Positions 40,201 through 55,200 of a stretch of 64,000 nucleotides of DNA are shown one piece after another. The DNA is from the human T2T-CHM13v2.0 reference genome, Homo sapiens. Made by a program: the position numbers and the translations under genes. The notes under the pieces are model-generated. The model worked only from the letters and a program-made list of their open reading frames with translations, was not told the origin of the DNA and searched no databases. Every line of letters begins with the position of its first letter. The stretch's first letter is position 1. Where the stretch lies: NCBI RefSeq assembly GCF_009914755.1, contig NC_060925.1; one strand, 5' to 3'.

Positions 40201-43200
40201 AATGTAATCAAATGGAAAGGAATCAGATGGAATGGAATAGAATGGAATGCACTTGAATTGAATGGATTGGAATGGAATTGTCGCGAATGGAATTGAATGG
40301 AATGGACTGGAGTGGAATACAATGGAATGGAATGGAATCAAATGGAATGGAAAAGAATGGAATGGAATGGAATGGAATCGAAAGGAAAGCAATGGGACTG
40401 GAATGGAACTGCAGGGAATGAAATCGAACGGAATAGAATCTAATGAAATGGAATGCAAATGATTCGAATATATTGGACTGGAAAGGAATGGAATAGAACA
40501 AAATGAAATGGAATGGAATGGAATGGAATGGAATGGAATGAAATGGAATGGAATAGAATGGAATTCAATGGACTGGAAAGGATTCAAATGGAATGGAATA
40601 GAATTGAGTGGAATCGTATGGAATGGAATAGAATGCAATGGAATGGAATGGAATGGAATGGAATGGAATGGAATGGAATGGAATGGAATGGAATGGACTC
40701 GAATGGAATGCAATCAAATAGAATGGCATCTAATGGAATGGAATGGAATGGACTCTAATTGAATGAATCTGAATGGAACTTTCTCGAATGCAATGGAATG
40801 GAATGAAAAAGACTCGAATGGAAAGAAATGGAATGGCAAGGAATGGAATGGAAATGAATAGAAATTAATTGATTCGAATAGAATGGACAGGAGTGGAATG
40901 GAATCACATGGCATGAAATGGAATGGAATGGAATGGAATGGAATGGAATGGAATGGAAGGGAATGGACTCAAATGTAATGGACTTCAATGGAAAGGACTC
41001 AAATGGAATGGAGCGGAATGAAATGGAATGAAACGGAATAGACTCAAATGTAATGGACTGTAATGGCATGGACTCGAAGGGTATGGACTTGAATGGAATG
41101 CAATGGAATACTATGGAATGAAATGGAATCGAATGTAATGGACTGGAATGGAATGTGCCCGAATGTAATGGACTCGAATGCAATGGATTCCGTTGGAATG
41201 GAGTCGAATGGAAAGCAATTGAAAGGAAAGGAATGGAATGGAATGGAATCAAATGGAATGGAATCAAATGGAATGGAATCATGCATTCGAATGAACTGGA
41301 CTCCTTTGGATTGCACTCGAATGGATTCCAATGATAAGGAATGGAATTGAATGGAATGGAATCAAATGGAATGGAATCAAATCAAATGCATTGGAATGGA
41401 AGGGACTCAATTGGAATGGAATGGAATGCAATGGTCTTGAATGGAATGGAATCGAATGGAATGCATTACAATCACAGGGACTCAAATGGAATGGACTGGA
41501 ATGGAACGGTCTTGAAAGGAATGGACTCGAATGGAATGGAATGGAAAGAATGGCATGAAATACAATGGAATGGAATGGAATCGAATGTAATGGACTGGAA
41601 TGGAATGGACTTGAATGAAATGGACTCGAATGGAATGGACTCCATTGGAATGGACTGCAATGGAATGCAATCGAATGGAATGCCATCGAATGGAAGGGAC
41701 TGGAATGTAATGGATTCGAATGGATTGGAATGGAATGGAATGGTATAGAAAGGAATGGAATGAAATGGAAGGCTATGGAATAGTATGGAATGGAATGGAA
41801 TGGAATCGAGTGGACTGGACTCGAATGGAATGGACTCAAATGGAATGGATATGAATTTAATGGACTCGAATGTTCTGCAATGCAATGTACTCGAAAGGAA
41901 TGGTCTCCAATGGAATGGACTCATATGGAATGCAATTGAATGGAATGGAATTCAATGGAATGAAACCGAATGGAGTGGAATGGAATGTACTCTAATTGAA
42001 TGCACTCTAAAGGAATGCAATAGAAATAATGGAGTGGAATGGAAAGGAATGGAACAGAATGGAATGCAATGCAATAGAATGAGATGGAATGGAATGGACT
42101 CGAGAGGTGTGGAATGGAATGGATGCAAATGGAATGGTCTGCAATGGAATGGACTCGAATGGAATGCAACCTAAAGGAATGGTATCAAATGGAATTGAAT
42201 CAAATAAAGTGGAATTCAATGGAATTGAAAGGAATGGATTTGAAAGGAATGGATTATAATGGAACAGTCTCGAATGAAATGGAATCAAAGTGAATGGAAT
42301 TGAATGGAATGGATTTGAAAGGAGTAAAATGGAATGGAATCAAATGACCTGGAATTGAGTAGAATCGACTTGAATGTAATGGACTTGAATGGAACGGACT
42401 CGAATGGAATAGATTCCATTGGAATGGAGTCGAATGGAATGCAATTGAAAGGAAACATATCGAATGGAATGGAATCAAATGGAATGTAATCATGTACTCG
42501 AATGAAATGAACTCCTTTGGATTGGAAGCAAATGGATTCCAATTGAATGGAATGGAATTGAATGGAACGGAATCAAATGTAATGGAATTGAATCAAAAGC
42601 AATGGAATGGAAGGGACACAAATGGAATGGACTGGAATGGAATGGTCTTGAATGGAATGGACTCGAATGGAATGGAATGGAAAGAATGGAAGGGAATAGA
42701 ATGGAATGGAATGGAAACAAATGTAATGGAATGGAATGTAAAGAATGGAATGGAATAGAAAGGAATGGAATTGAATCGAATGTAATGGACTGGAATGGAA
42801 TGGACTCAAATGAAATGAACTCGAATGGAATGGACTATGTTAGAATGGACTGGAATCTAATGGAATCGAATGAAATGGTCTCGAATGGAATGGACTCCAT
42901 TGGAATGGACTGGAATGGAATGCAATCAAATGGAATGCAATCGAATGGAAGGGACTGGAATGGAATGGACTCGAATGGATTGGACTGGAATGGAACAGTA
43001 CAGAAAGGAATGGAAAGAAATGGAATGGAATGGAATGGAATGGAATGGAATGGAATGGAATGGAATGGAATGGATTTGAAAAGAATGGACTCGAATGGTC
43101 TCCAATAGAATGGAATCAAAAGGAATGCAATTGAATGGAATGGAATCAAACGGAATGAAATCGAATGGAGTGGAATGGAATGGATTCGAATTGAATACAC

Positions 43201-46200
43201 TCTAAAAAAAATGCAATAGAAAGAATGCAATGGAAAGGAAAGGAAAGGAATGGAAGAGAATGGAATGGAAGGCAAAGGAATGAGATGGAATGGAATGGAA
43301 TGGAATGGACTCGAGCGGTGTGGAATGGAATGGACGCAAATGGAATGGTCTGCAATGGAATGGACTCGAATGGAATGCAATCGAAAGGAATGGAATCGAA
43401 TGGAATTGAATCAAATAAAGTGGAATTGAATGGACTTGAAGGGAATTTACTAGAATGGAACGGTCTCCAATGGAATGGAATCAAAGTGAATGGAATTGAA
43501 TGGAATGGATTCTAAAGGAGTGACATGGAATGTAATCGGATGATCTGGAATTGAATAGAATCGACTTGAATGTAATGGATTCGAATGTAATGGACTCGAA
43601 TGTAATGGACTCGAATGGAATGGATTTGAATGCAATAGAATCGGATGGAATGGAATCAAATGGAATGGAATCGAATCAAATGAACACGAAGGGAAAGAAC
43701 TGGAATGGAAAGGTCTAATGTGGAATGGAATGAAAAGGAACAGAATGAAATGGCATAAAATGGAATGCAATGGAATGGAAACGAATGGAATGGAATTGAA
43801 TGGAATGCAATGGATTCGAGTTGAATGGAAAGAAATGAAATGGAATGAAATGGAATGGAATGGAATGGACTCAAATGGAATGGAATGGCATCTCATGGAA
43901 TGGAATTCAATGGAATGTACTAGAATGGACTGCAATGGAATGGAATACAAAGGAATGGAATGGAATGGAATTGAATGGAATGGAATGGCATGGCAAGGAA
44001 TCAAATAGAATGGAACTGCATGGAATGGAATGGAATGGAGTCTAATAGAATGGTAAAAATTGAATAAATTGAAATGGAATGGTCTCGAATGGAATAGAAT
44101 AGAATGGAATGGAATGGAATGCAATCAAATGGAGTCGAATGGAAAAGAATGGACTGGAATGGAACGGAATAGACTGGAAAGTAATGGACAGAAATGGAAT
44201 GGACTCGAATGCAATATATTCGAATAGAATGGAATAAAATGGAATGTAATCAAATAGAATGGACTCAAATTGAATGGATTGTAATGGAACGGTCTCGAAG
44301 GAAATGGAATTGCATGGAAAGGAATACAATGGAATGGAATGGAATCGAGTGGAATGGAAAGGAGTGGAATGGGATGGAATGGAATTGAAAGGAAAGGAAA
44401 TGAATGGATTGGAAGCAAATGGAATAGAATCCAATGGAATGGAATGGAATGGAAATGAATGGAATGGAATGGAATGGAATGGAATGGAATGGAATGGAAT
44501 GAAATAGAATGGAATGGAATGGAATGGAATTCACTCGATTGTAAAGTACTGGAATGGAATGGAATGGACTCAAAAAGAATGGACTCGAATGGAATGGAAA
44601 GGAGTGGAATGGAATGCAATAGAATGGACTTGAATGTAATGGACTGGAATGTAATAGAATGGAAAGGAATGGACTAAAATTTAATGGACTCCATTGGAAT
44701 AGACTCCAAAGGAATGCAATCAATGGAATCAAATGGAATGGAATGGAATGGAATGGAATGAACTTGAATTCAATGTACTCGAATGTAACTGACTTGAATG
44801 GAATGGACTCGAATGGAATACACTCGACTGCAAAGGAATTGAATGGAATGTAATGGAACGGAATGAAATGCAATGGTATTTATTGGAATGGAATGGATTG
44901 AAATGGATTGGAATGGACTAGAAAATAATGGAGTTGAATGCAACAGACTCGAATGGAATGGAATTGTATGGAATGGATACGAATGGAATGGAATCGAATC
45001 AAATTAAATCAAATGGAATGCAATAGAAGGGAATACAATGGAATAGAATGGAATGGAATGGAATGGACTTGAAGCGAATAAACTCAAATGAATGGAATAG
45101 AAGAGAATAGAATGGAAAGGAATGGAATAGAATGGAGTGGAATTGAATGGAATGGAATGGATTCGAATGGAGTGGAATGGAAAGAATAGGAATGGAATGG
45201 AATGGAATGGAATGGAATGGAATGGAATGGAATGGAATGGAATGGAATTGCTTGCAATGGAATTGCTTGCAATGGAGTCTAATTGAATGGAGTCGAATGG
45301 AAAAGAATGGAATGGAATGGAATGGAATGGATTTGAATGGAATGGAATGGACTTGAATGGAACGGAATGGCATGTAACAGAATCTAACAAAATGGAACGG
45401 AATTGAATGGAAAGGAATGGACTCGAATGGAATGGAATCGAATGGAATGCACTCGAGTGCAATGGAATCGAATGGAATGTAATAGAATGGAATGAAAAAC
45501 AATGGAATGGATTGGAAGGGAGTGGAATGGACTGGAATATAATGGAGTCGAATGGAATGAAATTGAATGGAATGGATTCGAATGGAATGGAAACCAATCG
45601 AATTGAATCAAATGGAATGAAATGGAATGGAATAGAATGGAATGGAACTGAATGGAGTCGAATGGAATAGAATAGAATGGAACAGAAGGGAATGGAATAG
45701 AATGGAATGGACCAGAACGGAATGGACTGGAATGGAATGTGCACAAATGCAACGGACTCGAATGGAATGAATTCGATCAGAATGGACGTGAATGGTATGT
45801 AATGGAATGGACTCGAATCGAATGGTCTGCAACGGAAGGGACTCAAACGGAATTCAATCGAATGGAATGGACTCGAATGGAATGGAATCTAATGGAATGC
45901 AGTAGAATTGATTAGACACAAATGGAATGAACTGGAATAGAATGGTTTCGAATGGAATTGAATTCAATAGAATGGAATCAAATGGAATGGAATGGAATGG
46001 AATTGAATGGAATGGACTGGAATCGAATGGAGTGGACCAGAATGGAACAGCCTCGAATGGAATGGAATGGCATGGAATGGAATTGAATGGAATGGAATGC
46101 AATGGAAACGAATGGAATCGAATGAAATGGACTGGAATGGAACATACTGGAATGGAATGGATTCGAATGGAATAGACTCGAATGGAATGGATTCAAAAGG

Positions 46201-49200
46201 AATGGACTCGAATGATCTCTAATGCAATGGGCTCGAATAGAATTTTCTCCAATGGAATGGACTCAAATTCAATGCAATCGAAAGGAATGGAGTCGAATGG
46301 AATGGAATCGAATGGAATGGAATCGAAAAAACTGGAATGGAATGGACTCGAAAAGAATGGACAAGAAGGGAACAGTCGCGAATGGAATGGAATTGAATGG
46401 AATGGAATGGAACGGACTTGAATGGATCGAAATCAAAAGGAATGGAGTCTAATGGAATGCAATCGAATGGAATGGACTTGAATTCAATGGATGCGAAAGT
46501 AACTGTCTCGAATGGAACGGAATGGAAAGGAATGGAATGGAAAGGAAAGAAGCGAATGGAATAAAATTGAATGGAATGGACTCGAATGTAATGGACTGGA
46601 ATGGAATGGACTCGAATGGAAGGGACTCGAGTGCAATGGAATCAAATGGAATGTAATAGTATGGAATGAAATCCAATGGAATGGAATTAAATGCAATGGA
46701 ATTGAATGCAATGTAGTGGATTGGAATGAACTGGAATGTAATGGATTCGAATGGAATGGACTCAAATGGAATGGAATTGAATGGAGTGAAATGGATTGGA
46801 ATGGAATCGAATCAAAGTAAATGAAAAGGAAACGAATGGAATCGCATATATTGGTATATAATGTAACGTAAATAAATGGAATGGAATCGAATTGAACTGA
46901 ATGAAATGGAATATAATGTAATAGAATGGAATGAGATGGAATGGAATAGACTTGAATGAAATGGACTCAAAGGGAATCAAATAGAACGTAATAGAATGGA
47001 ATGGAATGGAATGGCATGGCATGTAATGGAATCAAACGGAAAGGAATCTAATAGGAAAGAATCGAATGGAATGCAAAGGAAAGGAATGTGATGGAATGGA
47101 ATGGATTTGAAAGCACTGCAATGGAACGGAATGGACTCGAATGGAATGGACTGGAATGGAACAGTCTCGAATGGAATGGAATGGAATGGAATAGAATGGA
47201 ATGGAATCTAATGGAATGCAATGAAATGAAAGGAAACGAATGTAAGGGAACTGAAAGCAATGGTCTGGAGTTGAAAGGACTCGAATGGAATGGACTCCAA
47301 TGGAATGAAGATGAATGGACCGGAATCAAATGGAATGGAATCGAATAAAATGGAAGGGTATGGAGTGGAATCAAGTGGAGTCGAATGGAATGGAAAGGAA
47401 TAGAATCGAATGGAATGGAATCGAGTGGAACGGACTAGAACGGAATGGAGTGGAGTGGAATGGACTCGAATGGAATGGATTTCAATGGAATGGAAGCGAA
47501 TGGTATGGAATGCAATGGACTCGAATGGAATGGACTCAAATGGAATGGACTCAAATGGAATGCAATGGAATGGAATTGAATGGAATGGAATGGAATGGAA
47601 TAGAATCAAATGCAATGGAATAGAAACGAAAAGACATGAATGGAATGAAAGGAATGGAACGGTCTCAAATGGAATGGTAAGGAATGCAATATAATCGAAA
47701 GGAATGTAATCAAATAGAATGGAATCGAATGGAATGGACTTGAATGGAATGCATTGGAATGGAATAGTCTCAAAAGGAATGGAATAGAATGGAATGGATT
47801 GTAGTGGAAAGAAATGGAATGGAATGAAATCAAATGGAATGGAAAGGAATGGAATGGAATGGAACCAAATGGAAAGTAATGGCTTGGAATGGAATCTAAT
47901 GGAATGGAATCGAATGGAATATAACCTAATGGAATGGAATTGATTCGAATGGAAAGGACTGGAAAGGAATGGAATCGAACAAAATGGAATGGAATGGAAT
48001 GCAAAGGAATGCAATGGACTGGAAAGGTTTCGAAAGGAAAGGACTGGAATTGAGTGAAAGCGTATGGAATGGACTCGAATGCAATGGAATGGAATGGACT
48101 GGGCTATAATGGAAAGGAATGGAATGCAATGGATTTGAATGGAATGGAATGGACACAAACGGAAAAGAATGGGAGGGAATGAAATAAAATGCAATGGTAT
48201 GGAATGAAATGGAATAAAATGGAATGAAATGGACTCGAATGGAATGAACTCCAATGTAATGGACTCCATTGGAATGGACTCCAAAGGAATGCAATCAAAT
48301 GGAAAGGAATCAAATTAAATGGACTGGAATGTAATGGACTCGAATGGAATGGTCTCAAATGGAAAATAATGGAATGGAATGAAATGGAATTGAATCAACT
48401 GGAATGTAAACAAATAGAGTAGAATACAATGGAAACTATGGAATGGAATCGAAAGGGAATGAATGGAATGGAATAAAATAGAATGCAATGGAATGGACTG
48501 GAAACAAATGGAATGGAAAGGAATAGAATGGAATTTAATTGAATAGAATGGAATGGAATGGAATTGGCACGAATGGAATGGAATGGCATGGAATGGAATG
48601 GACTCGAATGGAATGGAATGGAATGGAATCTAACGGAATGGAATGGCATGGAATGGAATGGAATGCAATGGAATCTAATGGAATGGAATGGAATGGAATG
48701 GAATGGAATGGAATCTAATGGAATGGAATGCAATGGAATGGAATTGAATGGAATTGAATCGAATGAAATGGCATTGAATGGAATGTAACAAAATGGAATA
48801 AAATTTAATGGAATGGAAAGGAATGGAATGGAATGGAATGAAAACAAATGGAAATGAATGTAATGGAATGGAATGCAACGGAATTGATTCAAATGGAATG
48901 GACAGGAATGGAATGGAATGGAATGCATTGGAATGGAATCGAATGTAATGGACTGGAATGGAATGGACTCGAATTAAATGGACGGGAATGGAATTGACTC
49001 AATTGGAATGGAAAGGGGTGGAATAGAATGCAACAGAATGAACTTGAATGCAATTTAATGGAATGTAATTAAATGAAATGGACTAAAACGGACTGAAAAA
49101 GAATTGAGTGGAAAGGAACGGACTGGAATGGAAAGGAATGGAAGGGAATGGAATGGAATAGAATGGAATGGAATGGGCTCGAATGTAATGGACTGCATTG

Positions 49201-52200
49201 GAATGGACTACAACCTAATGCAATCAAAGTGAATGGAATCAAAAGGAATGGAATCGAATGGAATGGACTGGATTGCAATGGACTCATTTGGAATGGACTG
49301 GAAAGGAAAGGTCTTAAAAAGAATAGAATGGAATGGAATGGAATGGAATCTAATGGAAAGGAATGGCATGGCATGGAATGGAATGGAATGAAATGGCATG
49401 GAATAGAATGGAATGGACACCAATGGAATGAATTCGAATCGAATGCAATCAAATGGAATGAAATTGAAAGAAATGGAATGGAATGGAATGGAACGGAATG
49501 GAATGGAATGGAATGGATTGGAATGGAATGGATTGGAAACAAATGGAACGGAATGGAGTGCAATGGATTCGAATGAAATGGAATCGAATGAAAAAGAATG
49601 GAATGGAATGGAAGAGCATGCAATGGAATGGAATGGAAGGACATGAAATGGAATGGAATTGAATGGATTGGACTCGAATGGAATAGAAAGGAATCGAATG
49701 GGGTGGAATGCAACGCAATGGAATGTAATGGACTGAACAAAATGGAATTTAATTGAATGGAAAGGAATTTAATGCAGTGTACTGGAAAGGATTAGAATGG
49801 AATGGACTGGAATTGAGTGGAATCATATGGAATGGAATGGAATGGATTGGATTCGAAAGGATTGGAATGCAATCGAATGGAATTGAATGGAATGGAATGG
49901 ACTCGAACGAACTTGAATGAATTGGAAAGTAATGGACTGGAGTGGAATGGACTTGAGTGGAATGGCATCAAATGGAATGGAATCGAATGGAATGGACATG
50001 AATTGAATAGGTTGTAATGGAACAGTTTTGATTGGAATGGAAATGAATGGAATGGAATGGAATGGAGTGGAATGGAATGGAGAAGAATGGATTCGAATGG
50101 AATGGATAGGAATGAAATGGAATGGAATGGAATCGAATGGAATGGCATGGAATGGAATTGAATGGAATGGAATCAAATGGAATAGAATCTAATAGAATGG
50201 AAAGGAATGGAATGGAATGGTATGGAATGGAGTGGAATGGAAGTGATTCGAATGGAATGGACTGAAATGGAAAGGAATAAATTGGAATGGAATGGATTGG
50301 ACTCGAATGTAATGGGCTGGAATAGATTAGACTCGAATGGAATGGATTCGAATGCGATGGATACGAAGGGAATACAATTGAATGGAAAGGTATGGAATGG
50401 ACTTGAATGTAATGGACTGGAATGTAATGGATTCAAATGGAATGTATTCCAATGGAATATACTCGAATGGAATGGATTCAAATGGAATCAAATAGAATGG
50501 AATGGAAGGCAATGGAACAGAATGGAATGGAACGGACTCGAATGTCGTGGACACCATTGGAACGAACTCCAATGGAATGTAATGGAATGGAATGGAATCT
50601 AATGGAATGGAATAGAATGCAGTGGACTCGAAAGGAATGGACTGGAATGGAATGGTCTCGAATGGAAAGTAATCAAATGGAATGGACTTGAATGGAGTGG
50701 AATGGAATCGAAAGGATTGGAAGTTAATGGACTCCAATGGAATGGACTCGAATGGAATGGACTGGAATGGAATGGACTCGAATGGAATGCATTCAAAAGG
50801 AATGCAATCAAAAGGAATGGAATGGAATGGAATGGACTCAAATGGAAAGGACTATAAAGGAAAGGTCTCGAATGGAAAGCAATAAAAGAAAATGGAATTG
50901 ATTGTAATGGAATCGAATGGAATGGAATTGAATGGAATAGACTGGAGTGGAATGGACTCGAATGGAATGGACAGGCATGGAACGGTCTCGAATGGAATGG
51001 AATGGAACGGAATGGAATGGAATGGAATGAAACGGAATGGAATGCAAAGGAATCGAATGGAATGGACTGGAATGGAATGGACAGAAACGGAATGGATTCA
51101 AATGGAATGAATTCGAATGGAATGGATTCTAATGGAATGGACGCGAATGGTCTGGAATGCAATGGACTCGAATGGAAAGGTCTCCAAAGAATAGACTCGA
51201 ATTTAATGCAATCGAAAAGAATGCAATCGAATGGAATGGAATCGAATAAAATGGAATGGAATGGAATTGAAAGTAATGGAATAGAATGGAACGGTCTTGA
51301 ACAGAATGGAATCGAATTGAATCGAAATGAATGGAATGGATCTGAATGGAATTAAATCGAATGAAATCGAATGGTTTGCAATGGTATAGAATGGATTCGA
51401 ATGTAATGGACTGAAGTGGAATGGACTTCAATGTAATGGACTGGAATGGAATGGAATCGAAAGGAATGGAATCTAATGGAATGGAATAGAATCGAATGGA
51501 CAATAATGGAATGTACTGAAACGGAAATGTCTTGAAGGGAATGGAATGGAATGGAATGGAATCGAATGGAATGGACTGGAATGGAATGGTTAAGAATGGA
51601 ATGGACTCGAATGGTATGGAATGCAATGGACTCGAATGGAATGGTCTCCAATGGAATGGACTAGAATGGAATACAATCGAAAGGAGTGGAATCAAATGGA
51701 ATGGAATAGAATAAAGTTGAACGGAATGGTCTGCAATGGTATAGAACGGACTCGAATATAATGGACTGGAGTGGAATGGACTTGAATGTAATGGACTGGA
51801 ATGGAACGGAATCGAAAGGAATGGAATCTAATGGAATGGAATCAAATCAAAAGGACACTAATGGAATGAACTGAAATGGAAAGGTGTCGAAGGGAATGAA
51901 ATCGAATGGAACGGACTGGAATGAAACGGACATGAATGGAATGGATTCGAATGGAATGGACTCGAATGGAATGGTTAAGAGTGGAATGGACTCGAATGGT
52001 ATGGAATGCAATGGACTTGAATGGAATGGTCTCCAGTGAAATGGACTAGAAAGGAATGCAATCGAAAGGAGTGGAATCGAATGGAAAGGAATAGAATAAA
52101 ATTGAATGGAATGGACTTGAAAGGAATGGACTAGAATCGAACGGACTGGAATGGAATGGATTCGAATTGAATGGAATAGAACGGAAAGGATTCAAATGGA

Positions 52201-55200
52201 ATGAAATGGAATGGAATCGAATGGTCTGGAATGGAATATATTGGATTCAAATGCAATGGACTGGAATGTAATGGACTTGAATGGAATGGATTCGAATGGA
52301 ATGGAACCGAAAGGAATGGAATATAACGGAATGGAATCGAATGGAAGGGAGTCGAATGGAATGGAATCGAATCAAATGGACACAAATGGAATGAACTGAA
52401 ATACAAAGGTCCCAAATGGAAAGGAATGGAATGGACTCGAATGGTGTGGAATGGAAAGGACTCGAATGGAATGGTCTCCAATGGAATGGACATGAAGGGA
52501 ATGCAATTAAAAGGAATGGAATCGAATGGAATTGAATCGAATAAAGGGGAATTGAATGGACTCGAAAAGAATGGACTAGAATGTAATAGTCTCGAATGGA
52601 ATGGAATTGAAGTGAAATAATTGAATGGAATGGATTCAAACGGAATGAAAAGCAATGGAATAGAATGTTCTGGAATGGAATAGAATCGAATGGAATGTAA
52701 TGGACTCGAATAGAATGGACTCGAATGCAATGGAATTGAATGGAATAAAATCGAATGGAATGTAATCTGATGGAATAGAGTTGAATCAAATGGACACGAA
52801 TTGAAAGAACTGGAATGCAATAGTCTAAAATAGAATGAAATGGAATGGTATGGAATGGACTACAAAGGAATGGAAAGGAATGGAATGGAATAGAAAGGAA
52901 TGGAATGGAAACGAATGGAATGGAATTGAATGGAATGCAATGGATTCGAGTTGAATGGAAAGGAATGGAATGGAATGGAATGCACTCGAATGGAATGGAA
53001 TGGCATGGCATGGAGTGGAATGGAATGGAATGTACTCGAATGGATTGGAATGCAATGGAATGCAACGCAATGGAATGGAATGGAGTCGAATAGTATGGAA
53101 TGGCATGGGATAGAATCAAACGGAATGGAATGGACTCGAATTGAATAGATTCAAATGGAATGGTCTCGAATGGAATGGAATGGAATCGAATGGAATGGAA
53201 AGAAATGGAATGGAATGGAATCGAATAGAATGGAATCAAATAGAATGGAATGGCATGGAATGACATCGAAGGGTATGGAATCGAATGGAATAGAATCAAA
53301 TGGAATGGAATGGAATGGAAATGATTCGAACAGAATGGACTGGAATGGATGGTATCAAATGCAATGTATTGGAATGGAATTGAATGGAATGGAGTCACAT
53401 GTAATGCAATGGAATGGAATGGACTAGAATGGAATGGATTCGAATGGAATGGATTCGAATTGAATGGACTCGAATTGAATGGAATGGAATGCAGTTGAAT
53501 GTAATGGACTGCAATGTAACATACTCGAATGGAAAGGAATAGAATGGATTGGAATGGAATGGAAAAAAATGGAATAAAATGGACTCGAATGTAATGGACT
53601 CCATTGGAATGGACTGCAATGGAATGAAATAAAATGGAATGGAATGGAATCGAATGGAATGGAGTCGAATGTAATGGATTGGAATGCAATGTACTCGAAT
53701 GGAATGGACCCAAATGGAATGGTCTCGAATAGAATTGAATGGAATGGAATGAAATGGAATTGAATCGAATGGAATGGAATTGAGTGGATTGGAATGGAAT
53801 AGAATGAAATGGAATCAAATGGAATGGAATCAAAAGGAAATGAATGGAATGGTATGGAATGGAATCAAATGTAATCGAATGGATTGGAATGGAAACAAAT
53901 GAAATGGAATGGAATGGAATGCAATGGATTCGTATGGAAAGGATTGGAATGAAATGGAATGGAATTGAAGGGAGTGGAATGGAATGGAATGGAAAGGATT
54001 CGAACGGAATGGAATGGCATGGAATGGAAGGTAATGGAATGGATTGGAATTGAATGGAATGCAATGGAAGGAAATGGAATGGATTCGAGTGGAATGGAAG
54101 GCAATGGAATGAAACGGAATGGAATGGAATGGAATAGAATGGAATGAAATGTAATTGAATTGATTGGAATGGAATAGAAATGATTCGAATAGAATGTACT
54201 GAAATTGAGTGGAATCATATGGAATGAAAAGGAATAGAATGGAATGGTATGGAATCGAACGGAATGGAAGCTAAATGAATGGAATTTAATGCAATGGAAT
54301 CGAATGGAATGAACTCGACTTGAATGAATCCGAATGGATCTGTCTTGAATGGAATGGAATAGAATGGAATGGAATGGAAAGATTGGAATGGATTGAAATG
54401 GAATGAAATGGAATGGAATGGAATGGAAAGGAATGGAGTAAAATCTAATGGATTGGAATGGGATGGCATAGAATGGATTCGAGAGGAATGGAATCGAATG
54501 GATTGGATTCGAATGGAACGAATTCGAATTGTTTGCAATGCAGTTGAAACGAATGGAATGGTCTCCATGGAACGGATTCGAATGGAATGCAATCGAATGG
54601 AATGGAATCGAATGCAATGTAATTGAATGGAGTGGAATGAAATGGCAAGGACAGGAAGGGAATGGACTGCAATTGAATGGACTCACATGGAATGGACTCG
54701 AATGGAATGCACTCAAAAGGAATGCAAATGAAATGAATGGAATCGAATGGAATGGAATGGACTCGAAAGGAATGGGCTAGAATGGAACGATCTCGAATGG
54801 AATGCAATAAAATGAAATGGAATCGAACGGAATGGAATCGAATGGAATGAAATTAAATGGAATGGACTGGAATTGAATGGAATTCACTGGAATGAAACGC
54901 ACTGGAATGGAATGGATTCAAATGAAATGGACTCGAATGGCATGGATTCGAATGGAATGGATTCATATTAAATGGCATGGAATCGAATGGATTCTAATGG
55001 AATGGACTCGAATGGTCTCTAATGCTATGGATTCAAATATGATGGTCTCCAATGGAATGGACTCTAATTGAATGCAATTGAAAGGACTGGAATCGCATGG
55101 GATTGAATCGAATAAAGGGGAATCGAATGGACTCAAAAGGAATGGACAAGAATGGAATGGTCTGGAAAGGAATGGAATCAAATTGAATTGAATTGAATTG

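Noticed and set aside
46840-46880. AT-rich interruption (atcgcatatattggtatataatgtaacgtaaataaa), and similar short irregular patches near 22050, 37060 and 40005
   Set aside because: They stay roughly in pentamer register and read as heavily mutated monomers, not inserted elements.
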